Source: Mustelus asterias
Lineage: Eukaryota
Reading direction: 5' to 3'
NCBI RefSeq assembly: GCF_964213995.1
Contig: NW_027590160.1
Location: 372,001 to 436,000 of the forward strand
Length of the DNA stretch: 64,000 nt
Both the position numbers and the translations under genes were made by a program. Numbering within the stretch: position 1 is the stretch's first letter; each line of letters starts with the position of its first letter. Under the pieces are notes generated by a model, which was not told the origin of the DNA, did no database searches, and saw only the letters and a list, made by a program, of their open reading frames with translations. Shown piece by piece: positions 37,500-49,588 of the stretch.

Positions 37500-39130
37500 C
37501 AGGTTGATCAAGGCAGCCTTGTGGAGGATTTCATAGAATGCATCCGCGATAGCTTGTTTCAACAGTATGTAATGGAACCTGCGAGGGAGCAAGCTATCCT
37601 AAATCTGGTCCTGTGCAATGAGGCAGGAATAATTAATGATCTTACAGTTAGGGTTCCCCTCGGAAGAAGTGATCACAGTATGGTTGAATTTAAAGGCGGC
37701 ACGGTAGCACAGTGGTTAGCCCTGCTGCTTCACAGCTCCAGGGACCTGGGTTCGATTCCCGGCTCGGGTCACTGTCTGTGTGGAGTTTGCACATTCTCCT
37801 CGTGTCTGCGTGGGTTTCCTCCGGGTGCTCCGGTTTCCTCCCACAGTCCAAAGATGTGCGGGTTAGGTTGATTGGCCAGGTTAAAAATTGCCCCTTAGAG
37901 TCCTGAGATGCGTAGGTTAGAGGGATTAGCGGGTAAATATGTGGGGGTAGGGCCTGGGTGGGATTGTGGTCGGTGCAGACTCGATGGGCCGAATGGCCTC
38001 CTTCTGTACTGTAGGGTTTCTATGATTTCTATGAAAGTACAGATGGAGCGTGACAAGGTAAAATCCAATACCAGTATCTTGTGTTTAAACAAATGAGTCT
38101 ACATTGGGATGAGGGAGGATTTGGCTCAGGAAGCCGAAGAACAAAAACTTTATTGTGGGACAATTGAGGAACAGTGGAGGATCTTCAAAGCGATTTTTCA
38201 CAGTGCTGAGCAAACATTTATACTAGTGATAAGGAAGGACCATAGAAAAATAGATAATCAGCCATGGATATCTAAGGGAATAAAGTGGGTGTCAGATTGA
38301 AAGAAAATGCATACAAATTGGCAAACATTAGTGGGAAACGAGAGGATTGGGAAATCTTTAAAGGTCAACAGATAGTCACGAAAAAAGCTACAAAGCGAAG
38401 TAAGATGGATTATGAGAGTAAACTAGCTCAGAATATCAAAAGAGATAGCAAACATTTCTGCAAATATCTAAAACGAAAAAAAGTGGCTAAAGTAAACATC
38501 AGTCCCTCAGAGGATGAGAAGGGAGATGTAATAACTGGCAATGAGGAAATGGCTGAGGCAATGAACATGTATTTTGTGTTCCCCGTCACAGTGAAAGACA
38601 CAAATAACATGACAATAATTGATGACAAGAAGGCTATCACAGTTTCTAGAAACTATCATTATCACTAAAGAGGTAGCGTTGGGCAAGCAAATGGGGCTAC
38701 AAGTAGACAAGCCTCCTGGCCCTGATGGAATGTATCCCACGTACTAAAAGAGATGGCAGGGGAAATAACAAATGCGCTAGTGGTAATTTACCAAAATTCG
38801 CTGGACTCTGGGGTGGTTCCAGCAGAAAACAGCAAATGTGAGGCTACGGTTTAAGAAAGGAGGTAGACAAAAGGCGGGTAAGTATAGGCTGGTTAGCCTA
38901 ACTTCGGCAGCATGGAAAAGTATTTAATCTATCATCAAGGAAGAAATAGCAAGACATCTGAATATCAATTGTCCTATTGGGAAGACACAGCATGAGTTCA
39001 TGAAGGGCAGGTCATGCCTGACTAATTTGGTAGAATTTTTTGAGAACATTACGTGCGCAGTGGACAATGGGGAACCGATGGATGTGGTGTATGTGGATTT
39101 CTGGAAGGCATTTGATAATGTCGTTTGATC
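37500..39130 (+). mobile_element. CR1 LINE fragment with nested HE1-like SINE (37695-38033)
   Basis: GRSDHSMVEF endonuclease end, KPPGPDG, GRSCLTNLVEFFE; full SINE inside. Confidence 0.85.
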
Positions 39131-39639
39131 AAGTCTCATTTAATGAAGTTGTTCAGAAGCTGCGCCACGTGTATTAAAGGGATAGCAACAGTGTGATTAT
39201 TATATTGGATAACAAACAGAAAGAAGTGAGAGGTCGTGAACGATGGTTATTCTGTCTGCAGTAGAATATACAATGATGTTAACTGGAGTCAATATTAGGA
39301 CCACTACTCCTTATGGTGCAGAAAAATAACTCCAACTTCTAAAAAAGAAGTTCCACACTTTCAGATTTGGAATTCAGAGTGTGAAACACTGAGGAGGATA
39401 GTAGTAAGATTCAGAAGGATATACACAGATTCTAGAAACATATAAAAATAGAAAATATGAGCAGGAGAGTCCATTCGGACCTGAGAGACTGCTGCGACAT
39501 TCATTATGATAAAGGTTGTTCGTGCAACTCAGTAGTCTGATCCTGTCTTCCCCATATCCTTTGGTTATGAAGAGACACGAAGCAAACGGAACCTAATGCA
39601 GCGATGTGTGAAAGACAAAGTTTTGAGAAGGAATTCATA

Positions 39640-40620
39640 TTACATCCTTAATATTAATCATTTGGATGAGAATATAGGAGGCATGGTTAGTAAGTTTGCA
39701 GATGACGTCAAGATTGGTGGCATAGTGGACAGAGAAGAAAGTTATCTCCAATTGCAACGGGATCTTGATCAATTGGGCCAGTGGGCTGACGAATCGCAGA
39801 TGGAGTTAAATTTAGACACATGCAAGGTGATGCATTTTGTTAGATTGAACCAGGGTAGGACTTACTCAGTGAATGGTATGGCGTTGGGGAGAGTTACCGA
39901 ACAAAGAGATCTAGGGGTACATGTTCATAGCTGCTTGAAAGTGGAGTCACAGGTGGACAGAATGGCGAAGAAGGCATTCGGCATGTTTGGTTTCATCCGT
40001 CAGACATTGAATACAGGAGTTGGGACGTCTTGTGGAAGCTGTACAAGACATTGGTAAGGCCACACTTGGAATACTGTGTGCAATTCAGGTCACCCTATTA
40101 TAGAAAGGATATTATTAAACTAGAAAGAGTGCAGAAAAGATTTACTAGGATGCTATCGGATCTTGATGGATTGAGTTAGAAGGAGAGGCTGGATAGATAG
40201 GGACTTTTTTCTCTGGAGCGTAAGAGTTTGATGGGTGATCTTATAAAGGTCGATAAAATAATGAGGGGCACAGATCAGCAAGATAGTCAATATATTTTCC
40301 CAAAGGTAGGGGAGTCTAAAATTAGAGGGCATGGGTTTAAGGTGAGAGGGGAGCGATACAAAAGTGTCCAGAGGAGCAATGTTTTCACACAGAGAGTGGT
40401 GAATGTCTGGAACAAGCTGCCAGAGGTAGTAGTAGAGGTGAGTACAATTTTGTCTTTTAAAAAGCATTTAGATAGTTACATGGGTACGATGGGTATCGAG
40501 GGATATGGTCCAAATGCGGGCAATTGCGATTAGCTCAGGGGTTTAAAAAAAGGGCGGCATGGACAAGTTGAGCCGAAGGGCCTGTTTCCATGTTGTAAAC
40601 CTCTATGACTCTATCTATGA
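39640..40620 (+). mobile_element. CR1 LINE 3' end
   Basis: SKFADDVKIGG through the 3' UTR with (CTATGACT) tail. Confidence 0.9.
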
Positions 40621-41700
40621 CGCTAATCAGGCGATGCAATGTAAACTAAACGCGACTATTTTAAACGTGTGCCGCAACAGAATGAATGCAGGCACGCATG
40701 GATATCACTGGGATGAGCAGATTATAAAATTGTTCATAATCCGCAGAGGATGTTTGTCTATAATTTGAGACATAGTACAAAAGTAAGGAAGCTATGTTAA
40801 AATTTTATACGTCATTGAACTGAGGAATTGTGTCTCATTCTGGTCAGTAGGTAGAAGAAGGGATATGAGGGTCTTGGAGAGTTCAAAGAAGATGTTGACT
40901 GGAATGATGTCAGGAAATGACGGATTTCAGTTGCATAGAGAGATTAGAGAAACTGTAATTGTTCTCCTTTAATCCATGATGGTGAATGGGGAATCTAATT
41001 CAAATTAACATTGAACTTTGAGAGAGTAAGGCAAAACTGTTTCCAAAGAACAGTTCCAAGGTTTACAATAATTGTTAAAATATCCTGAAGGGAGATAAAT
41101 AGAACATTGTTAAACTATACTACTTTAATATGGAATATGTCACTGAAGATTCACTGGAAATCTTCAAAAGGGAATTGCATAAACTGATGGGGTATGGGGG
41201 TGGGATCTTCAGAGCTGTCGACAAAAAGGAGGTATCAGGAACAAAATCCAATAGCTCTTTAAAAGACAGTTATGGCACGATGGAGGCTGCACAATTTTCC
41301 GATTCAGTGATTATAGAATCCACTGAGTGCCTATCTCATATTGACATTCAGCAACTTTGTTTTTAAACCAGACATTAAGTACTATTTCTACATTTTTGTT
41401 CAGAAGATATCTTTTTGCAATTGTAAACATCTTGGCAATCAGATTTTCTTGAAAATCCGAATACAATCACTCAGCCCGTTTCTGCAGCTGCCAGAGGGGG
41501 CAGATACGCTGCTCACACACTGAACTCTCATCACTTAGGTTATATTACAATCCAAAGATAGTTTCTGCACTGTCAATCTGTATAACTGTGAATATTCAGC
41601 ACAATTTGAAACTTCCCACGTCTCCCAGATATACATCTTCAGCGTTAAACCGAAGAAGCAACCCGATACTTAGTGGGCTGAAGAAAATCAGCTGCCAATC

Positions 41701-42032
41701 GGGCGGCACGGTAGCACAATGTTTAGCACTGCTGTGTCACAGCTCCAAGGACCTGGGTTCGATTCCCGGCTTGGGTCACTGGCTGTGTGGAGTTTGCACA
41801 TTGTCTCCGTGTGTTTCCTCCGGGTGCTCCGGTTTTCTCCCACAGTCCAAAGATGTGCGGGCTAGATTGATTGGCTATGCTAAAATTGCCCCGAGTGTCC
41901 TGAGATGCGTTGGTTAGAGAGATTAGTCGGTAAATATGTAGGGATATGGGGGCAGGGACTGGGTGGGATTGTGGTCGGTGCAGACTCGATGGGACAAATG
42001 GCCTCTTTCTGCACTGGAGGGATTCTATGATT
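41701..42032 (+). mobile_element. HE1-like V-SINE
   Basis: GGCGGCACGGTAGCAC head, V-domain, tail. Confidence 0.9.
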
Positions 42033-43594
42033 CTTTGACTCCTCCCACAAAACACGTCAGCGCCTCCTGTAGTGTTTTTATCGGTACCAGAGCACATGAT
42101 ACCTGTGGCTGTCTGTGCAGTGTGAATCGGGCAAAACCATAAATTCTTTCTGCAAAGAGGCTGCTGACGGCAAACTTTAATAATTTGCGTAAAAATAGCA
42201 CGGACCTTCGAACAGTCAATGTTCAGCAAACTGAAATATTTTTAGATACTGGGAACATCTAGAACTTCCTTCATCATTCAATTATAGAATGATATCATTC
42301 AGCACATCGTGCCTCGGTGGCCACTTTTGCAGAGTTACCAATTTATTATCATTCCACTGTGCCTACACGACTGCCTTGCTAATGTTTCCATGGCTTTAGT
42401 TGTCCAATTCATTGTTGACATTTACTATTAAATCTTCTTCCACAAGTCTTTCAGAGTATATTCCATATGACAACAAATCACATTGTAAAGCAAATGCCTG
42501 CTCAAATTGCCGCTGGTTCTTTCTCAAATGCCATGCCTTTCAATGTCAGTCATCTGGTGACAAACCTTCTGCCATTAGGTGCCACGTTTCCTTATTTATT
42601 CAACTGGAATAACTGTCAATATTAATCAAATATTATCTCAAACTTCCTTGTTCGACAGCGAAGAGTCCCACTTTCTCCAATATTTCAATATATATAGGCC
42701 CGCATCTTGCACAAGATCCTCAAATCATTAATCAAATATGGTGCACACAATAATCTAATTTAGACAATATCGATGGTGTAGGAATCGCTGGGTTTGTGGT
42801 AAATTAATGCGTGGATGTTGTCAGTGGAAGGTGTGATATTGTAACCTGATCATCACTTTCTGGACTGAGGGAAGCTGCCTGTTCTGAGGCTCCGGCATTC
42901 TGCTCAAACATGTAACTGAGTTCCCGCAAACCCCCTCAGGGTGTTGCTAAAGGAAAGGGGCACTACAGAAATAAGAGCGGAAATAATACCATCCAATAAA
43001 ATCACATTGACCGATCTCCCAACTCACTACTGCGGGGAAAAGAGGGTGGGAGCTTCCACTGACAAAACAACGCCATCTCCTATCTCCTGTACAGCAGCCT
43101 AACGTGGGTGGGATTTTGAAACGCAGCTCACAGATCCAAGGAAACGATGAATGTCAGCTCACTCATTAAAACTGACCGTCATTCATACAATATAGCATAA
43201 GAAACTGCAGGTCCGTACGCTCCATCAAAGGTCTCGTGAGCACGGCCCTCTTCCACTCAACTACAGACCATAGAATATTCCAAAAATGCGGCTCGCAACA
43301 GCCAGGGAGGCGGTGGGGGGGGGGGGGGGGGGGCGGGCGGTGCGGTGGCAAAATGATTTTGGAAGCTCCAAGGCAGAAATAGCGGTCGTGGATAATGGAC
43401 TGAATATTAACAGATGAGCGTCGCATTTGAATCCTCAAGTTTTTTTTCGTCGTGAACTTTGGCTTTGGCACAAGTTACCAGTGCTCGGGTTTGAAGTATT
43501 TCAGTGCAGCTCTGAAGTTCAGTCTCCCAGAGAAGCGCAGGTCTGCAGTCTCCAGCTCCCGGTCATCTGATCATTTGTTCCAGGCAGCAGAACG

Positions 43595-43622
43595 ATGGGA
43601 ATCCTCTTTGTTTTCACCCTGA
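43595..43622 (+). CDS. Leader-like first exon (MGILFVFTL, phase 1)
   Basis: ACGATGG start context, hydrophobic codons, A|GTGAGT donor; splicing to 44566 gives MGILFVFTLTSVQC, a signal-peptide-like sequence. Confidence 0.5.
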
Positions 43623-44565
43623 GTGAGTACCGAGTTTTCAGATAACAGGATTGTCCAATGTGAATAAATTGAGTAGCCCGGGCCTTTAATCCTAGAATTG
43701 GGAGGAATTAGAGGTACACTCATTGAAACACACAATATTATTAAGTTGTTGATAGAACAGATACGTGGCCGATATATCCAATCTGTGGAGTCTATAACTT
43801 GATGTCACAGTTTCAGAATAAGGGTACAGACATTTGAACCCAGAAGAGAGGAATGTCTTCAATCAAACCACTGTTGTGAATCTGTAGACTCTATCCCACA
43901 GAGAGTTGTGGATTATCATTGCAGGGTGTATGCAAGGCTGTATTCGATTGATAGTTGGATATTAAAATAATCCAAGGATTTTGAGGACAATGTAGAAAGT
44001 TGTTGGTGAAGTAATAGATCATCCACGTCATTCCTGAATGGCAGAGCAGCTTCGTAAGTTGGTCGGACCGCTCCTACTTCTATCAGTTAGAATTTTCCGA
44101 CTCTCGTTATGCACATATAAGTAAAGAAATCAGCAACATTCCACATCTCACTGAAAGGTGTAACGTGCTGAGTCTCTCTTCTCTGGAGAATGGAGAACCG
44201 GGAGGAGGATACGCAGACATGACTTAAATTATGGATGGGTTCAATGGAGTGATTGTGGAACTATTGTTTATTTGTGGGTAATCTCCAGAGCATTGGGCCA
44301 TGAACATGTTATCGTCACGAACAGAAACGTTATTAAAAGGTATTAAAATGAAGGAATTTAAACAAAGAGACGTCAGAATTTAGAACTTGTTGCCACCCCG
44401 CGTGTTTGGACCAGGGTGTACTGATACATTTATGGGTAAGTTTGAAACGATAGACCAATACAGGGTGTGTGAAATGGGCAATTAGATTACTGGTGGGGGC
44501 TGAATAGTATGGAGTCTACACGTACATGAATCTGTTGAACTGAATGAGCGATCCCTCTTCTGCAG

Positions 44566-44677
44566 CTTCAGTACAATGTACAACTTAGAGAATACTCTGC
44601 CCAGAGTTCTCGGGAGAGGATGATTTGATGGACAGAAATAATTGAAATTGCCAGAGAGCCGGAAGAGGCAGCACCCA
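44566..44677 (+). pseudogene. Unknown Cys-containing exon X, copy A (stop codon and indel)
   Basis: CTTCTGCAG acceptor and CCCA|GTGAGT donor; 112 nt; homologous to 49479-49588. Confidence 0.5.
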
Positions 44678-45352
44678 GTGAGTAACAATAAAACCACTGC
44701 GGAAGCTGAACATTCTGATCCCAAACGACAACTGAGAGACTTTGGGACAAGTTCCCGCGATTGCAAGAACCCCAACCACCATAAAGTCAAACTAGGAATC
44801 AAAATAATAAAAACTGTAGATATTTCAAATCCCAGAAGCAGGGAGAAAATTGAATTCACTCAACAAATAAACAAATAGAGAAAAAGGCTGATAGTAACTG
44901 CCTGAAAATATAACATCCTTCGTGGAATCATACAGCGCTGAAGGATGAAATACGGCCTTTGATTAGATACTGTCCTTTTAAAGGTCTAATCTAATTATTT
45001 CCGCTCTCCATGCATTGCTCTGGAGCGTTGACCCTATTGTCTTCCTTCCCCAGCACTGAGCAATTATCCGTTTGAACGTTACTGTTGACCATATTCACCC
45101 TTCATTCCAACAGTGCTTTCCAGATCGTTGTTTAAAATAGAGCATCACCTGATCCTTTACCGTGTTATATTTCATCAAAATTAAATACAGTTAGAAAAGG
45201 TTACAAATCAATAGAACTGCCAGGAATGCCAAAACAAAAATAATCCAAATAACATGATTCCCCATGGAAACAATAACTAAACAAACAATAATATCCGATT
45301 TTTAATCTCCAGTCAGATTACAGACGAGTGTCGGCAATCCTCATCATGTGCA

Positions 45353-45453
45353 GGTTTATGTGCAGCTCTCTCCGTGTTCTGCATCACTGTGTCTGTAATC
45401 CTCACTATGTTCAGGTTTTTGCACAGATCTCTCCGTGTTACTGTGTCACTGTG
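45353..45453 (-). other. Two tandem V-type RSSs
   Basis: CACAGTG(45453-45447)-24-GCAAAAACC(45422-45414) and CACAGTG(45391-45385)-23-ACATAAACC(45361-45353). Confidence 0.9.
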
Positions 45454-47748
45454 CTGTGTGCCGACTCAGTGCGCAGTAATAATTAGCAGAGTCGTTCAGT
45501 TGCAATTTCGAGATTTCTAACCGGCTGATCTTCTCGGCAGAATCGATATAAATTCTAGGCTGACGAATGGGGTTTAACTGAGATAGATGCGATGCATTTC
45601 GGTAGATTGAACCAGGGCAGGACTTACTCAGTTAATGGGGGGGCGTTGGGGACAGTTACAGAACAAAGAGATCTCGGGGTACATGTTCATAGCTCCTTGA
45701 AAGTGGAGTCACAGGTGGAGAGAGTGGTGAAGAAGTCATTCAGCATGTTGGTTTCATTGGTCAGAACATTGAATGCAGGAGTTGGGACGTCTTGTTGAAG
45801 TTCTGCAAGACATTGGTAAGGCCACACGTGGAATTCTGAGTACCGTTCTGGTCACCCTATTATAGAAAGAATATTATGAAACTAGAAAGAGTGCAGAAAA
45901 GATTTATTAGCATGCGACTGTGACTTGATGGTTTGAGTTACAAGGAGAGGCTGGACAGACTGGAATTTCTTTCTCTGGAGCGTAGAAGGCTGAGGAGCGA
46001 TCTTATAGAGGTCTATAAAATAATAGAACATGGAACATAGAAAAGCTACAGCACAAACAGGCCCTTTGGCCCACGAGTTGCGCCGAACATGTCCCTACCT
46101 ACTAGGCTTACCTATAACCCTCTATTTTACTAACTTCCATGAACTTATCCAAAAGTCTCTTAAAAGACCTTATCGAATCCGCCTCCACCACCGGCAGCCG
46201 ATTCTACGCACCCATCACCTTCTGAGTGAAAGACGTACCCCCCACATCTCCTCTGTACCTACTCCCCAGCACCCTAAACCTGTGACTTCTTGTGGCAACC
46301 ATTTCAGCCCTGGGTAAAAGCCTCTGAGAATCCACTCTATCAATACCTCTCAACATCCTATACACCTCTATCAGGTCACCTTCGCCTCTCCACGGAGAAA
46401 AGACCCAGCTCTCTCAACCTATCCTCCTAAGGCATGCCACCTAATCCAGGCAACATCCTTGTAAATCTGCTCTGCACCCTTTCTATGGCTTCCACATCCT
46501 TTCTGCAATGAGGCGACCAGAACTGGGCACAGTACTCCAGGTGAGGTCTGACCAGGGCCCTATACAGCTGCAGCATTATCTCCATATTTCTGAACTCAAT
46601 TCCTCTATTGATGAAGGCCAGTATTCCATACGGCTTTTTAACCACAGCCTCTACCTGCGACGCTGCTTTGAGCGTCCTATGAACCCGGACCCCAAGATCC
46701 TTCTGATCTTCCACACTGCCAACCGTCTTACCCTTAATGTTATATTCTTTCATCTGATTCGACCTAATGAGGGGCACAGATCAGCTAGATAGTCCATATA
46801 TTTTCCCAAAGGTAGGAGAGTTTAAAACTAGAGGGCATAGGTTGAAGGTGAGAGGGGAGAGATGCAAACGTGTCCAGAGGGGCAATGTTTTCACACAGAG
46901 GTCTGGAACAAACTGCCAGAGGTAGTAGTATAGGCGGGTACAATTTTGTCTTTTAAAAGCATTTGGACAGTTACATAGGTAAGATGGGTATAGAGGGATA
47001 TGGGCCAAACAGGGCAATTGTGATTAGCTTAGGGGTTTTAAAAAAAAGGGTGGCATGGACAAGTTGGGCATTCCCCACCCTCTGTGTGAAAAAATGCCCC
47101 TTTGGACACTTTTGAATGTCTCCCCTCTCGCCTTAAACCTACGCCCTCTAGTTTTAGACTCCCCTCCCTTTGGGAAAATGTATTGATTATCTAGCTGATC
47201 TGTGTCGCTCATTATTTTATAGACCTCGATAAGATCACCCCTCAGCCTTCTATGCACCAGAGAAAAAAGTCCCAGTCTATCCATCCTCTCATTATAACTC
47301 AAACCATCAAGTCCCGGTAGCATCTTAGTAAATCTTTTCTGCACTCTTTCTGGTTTAATAATATCCATTCTATAATAGGGTGACCAAAACTGAAAACAAT
47401 ATTCCAAGTGTGGCCTTACCCATGTCTTGTACAACTTCAACAAGATGTCCCAATCCTGCATTCAATGTTCTGACCAATGAAACCAAGCATGCTGAATGCC
47501 TGTTTCCATGCTGTGAACCTCTATGACTCGATGACTCTAAGCAGAAATGATCCCCCCGGCAGCATTTCCTTTACTTGCCGTTCCTGAAGTGTGTGTCTGA
47601 AGCAGGCATTTCGGAGTCTGTCCTGGGGACTGACTGTGCCAGTGTGTTATGTACTGACAAGTTCCTGAATATTCACATCGTAGAGCAACCGTGTCAACGG
47701 CAGCAGAGGTTTGAAGGGGCGGGTTCTTGGACACGAGGGAACTGGAAT
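45454..47748 (-). pseudogene. TRDV: TCR Vdelta of NARTCR-supporting type, split by a ~2-kb LINE insertion
   Basis: 5' half 47748-47540: (D/N)SSSLVSKNPPLQTSAAVDTVALRCEYSGTCQYITHWHSQSPGQTPKCLLQTHTSG...GGIISA, with an extra CDR1 Cys; 3' half 45550-45454: YIDSAEKISRLEISKLQLNDSANYYCALSRHT followed by RSS. Confidence 0.85.
45558..47539. mobile_element. Nested CR1 insertion: outer (+) element, inner (-) element 46025-46764, inverted fragment 47071-47500
   Basis: RT motifs on both strands; TAAT duplication at 46021-46024 and 46765-46768; outer tail CTATGACTC at 47521-47539. Confidence 0.85.
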
Positions 47749-48052
47749 CTGGAGGATTTTAAAAAATGGAGTGTTTATGCACTTTTCTACCCGTGCAATG
47801 TGGAAAGCACGGGAACAAATCTATTCTTTTGCGGTGTTGCTATTATATTAAATCTGATGGAACTATATTCACTGTTATTACAATACAAACCAGTGAGGAC
47901 TGACGTGATATTTTATATTACACAGCAAGTATTTCTGATCTGGATTGCACGATTAGAATGAGTGGTGGGAGCAGATTCAACAGTGAATTATTAACTGGTT
48001 ATGATTAAGTACTGGCACAGGAAAGGTAAACAGCGTTATGGGGAAAAATCAT

Positions 48053-48922
48053 AGAACATAGAACAGTACAGCACAGAACAGGCCCTTCGGCCCACGATGT
48101 TGTGCCGAGCTTTATCTGAAACCAAGATCAAGCTATCCCACTCCCTATCATCCTGGTGTGCTCCATGTGCCTATCCAATAACCGCTTAAATGTTCCTAAA
48201 GTGTCTGACTCCACTATCACTGCAGGCAGTCCATTCCACACCCCAACCACTCTCTGCGTAAAGAACCTACCTCTGATATCCTTCCTATATCTCCCACCAT
48301 GAACCCTACAGTTATGCCCCCTTGTAATAGCTCCATCCACCCGAGGAAATAGTCTTTGAACGTTCACTCTATCTATCCCCTTCATCATTTTATAAACCTC
48401 TATTAAGTCTCCCCTCAGCCTCCTCCGCTCCAGAGAGAACAGCCCTAGCTCCCTCAACGTTTCCTCATAAGACCTACCCTCCAAACCAGGCAGCATCCTG
48501 GTAAATCTCTCTGCACTCTTTCCAGCGCTTCCACATCCTTCTTATAGTGAGGTGACCAGAACTGCACACAATATTCCAAATGTGGTCTCACCAAGGTCCT
48601 GTACAGTTGCAGCATAACCCCACGGCTCTTAAACTCCAACCCCCTGTTAATAAAAGCTAACACACTATAGGCCTTCTTCACAGCTCTATCCACTTGAGTG
48701 GCAACATTTAGAGATCTGTGGATATAGACCCCAAGATCTCTCTGTTCCTCCACAGTCTTCAGAACCCTACCTCTGACCCTGTAATCCACATTTAAATTAG
48801 TCCTACCAAAATGAATCACCTCACATTTATCAGGGTTAAACTCCATTTGCCATTTTTCAGCCAAGCTTTGCATCCTATCTATGTCTCTTTGCAGCCTACG
48901 ACAGCCCTCCACCTCATCCACT
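48053..48922 (-). mobile_element. Young 5'-truncated CR1 LINE
   Basis: RT C-terminus with one frameshift; AATCAT repeated at both ends as a probable TSD. Confidence 0.9.
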
Positions 48923-49478
48923 AATCATGGGCATTAGGAAGTGTTGGAATTCATTTATAAAGGGGCAACATCTACCAGAAGGGCCGAATGTCATTCCACC
49001 GCGCTGTGTGATCCTATGATGTATTCGACATTTCAGTTTATATTTTCCTTACTGACAGACAAACACGAGGGAAAGTTGATTATCAGTGAGGCAATCTGTT
49101 TCCAGAAATGATTGTCCGAGGGTAGCCCAGCGGTGTTCCATCACTGAGCAGACCAAGATCCAACAGAGTATTAATGTGATTCATCAGCTCCAAAGGGGCC
49201 GAACGATGCTGCACATCGATGTCAAATGTCATTTATTTATTTCGGTTTCATACTTCCTGGGAGTCTATGCTTCCCTTTTCATCTCCTTGTTTATCTTCTA
49301 CTTACGCGAAATATTGTTTCTCGCTTTCGATTGCAATAGAAATATTTATAGTCAGTTTCATTTTATTTCTACATTCACTTTGTGTTGTTTGGGTGTCTTG
49401 TAATCATGGGAACACATCTCTCTGTTGTCGGTTGAGTTCAGTCTGTTCATTTTTCGCAGTGATTTTACTGTTACTCAC

Positions 49479-49588
49479 TGGGAACTGCCTCTTCCGGCTC
49501 TCTGACAATTTCAAATCTTTCTGCACACTAACATTCTGTCCCTGATTCTCTGGGCAGAGTTTTTTCTGAGTTTTACATTCTGCAGAAT
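49479..49588 (-). CDS. Unknown Cys-containing exon X, copy B, upstream of the Vdelta exon
   Basis: TTTCGGCAG acceptor and CCCA|GTGAGT donor; 110 nt, open as DSAECKTQKKLCPENQGQNVSVQKDLKLSESRKRQFP. Confidence 0.5.

Noticed and set aside
37695-37770. tRNA genes (also 22490, 41701, 8645)
   Set aside because: These are tRNA-derived SINE heads continuing into V-domain and LINE tails
44655-44700. J-segment reading of exon X (AGRGSTQ*VTIKP)
   Set aside because: Spacing is two codons off the GxGT-x-LTV motif, both copies have a stop, and there is no upstream RSS or downstream donor
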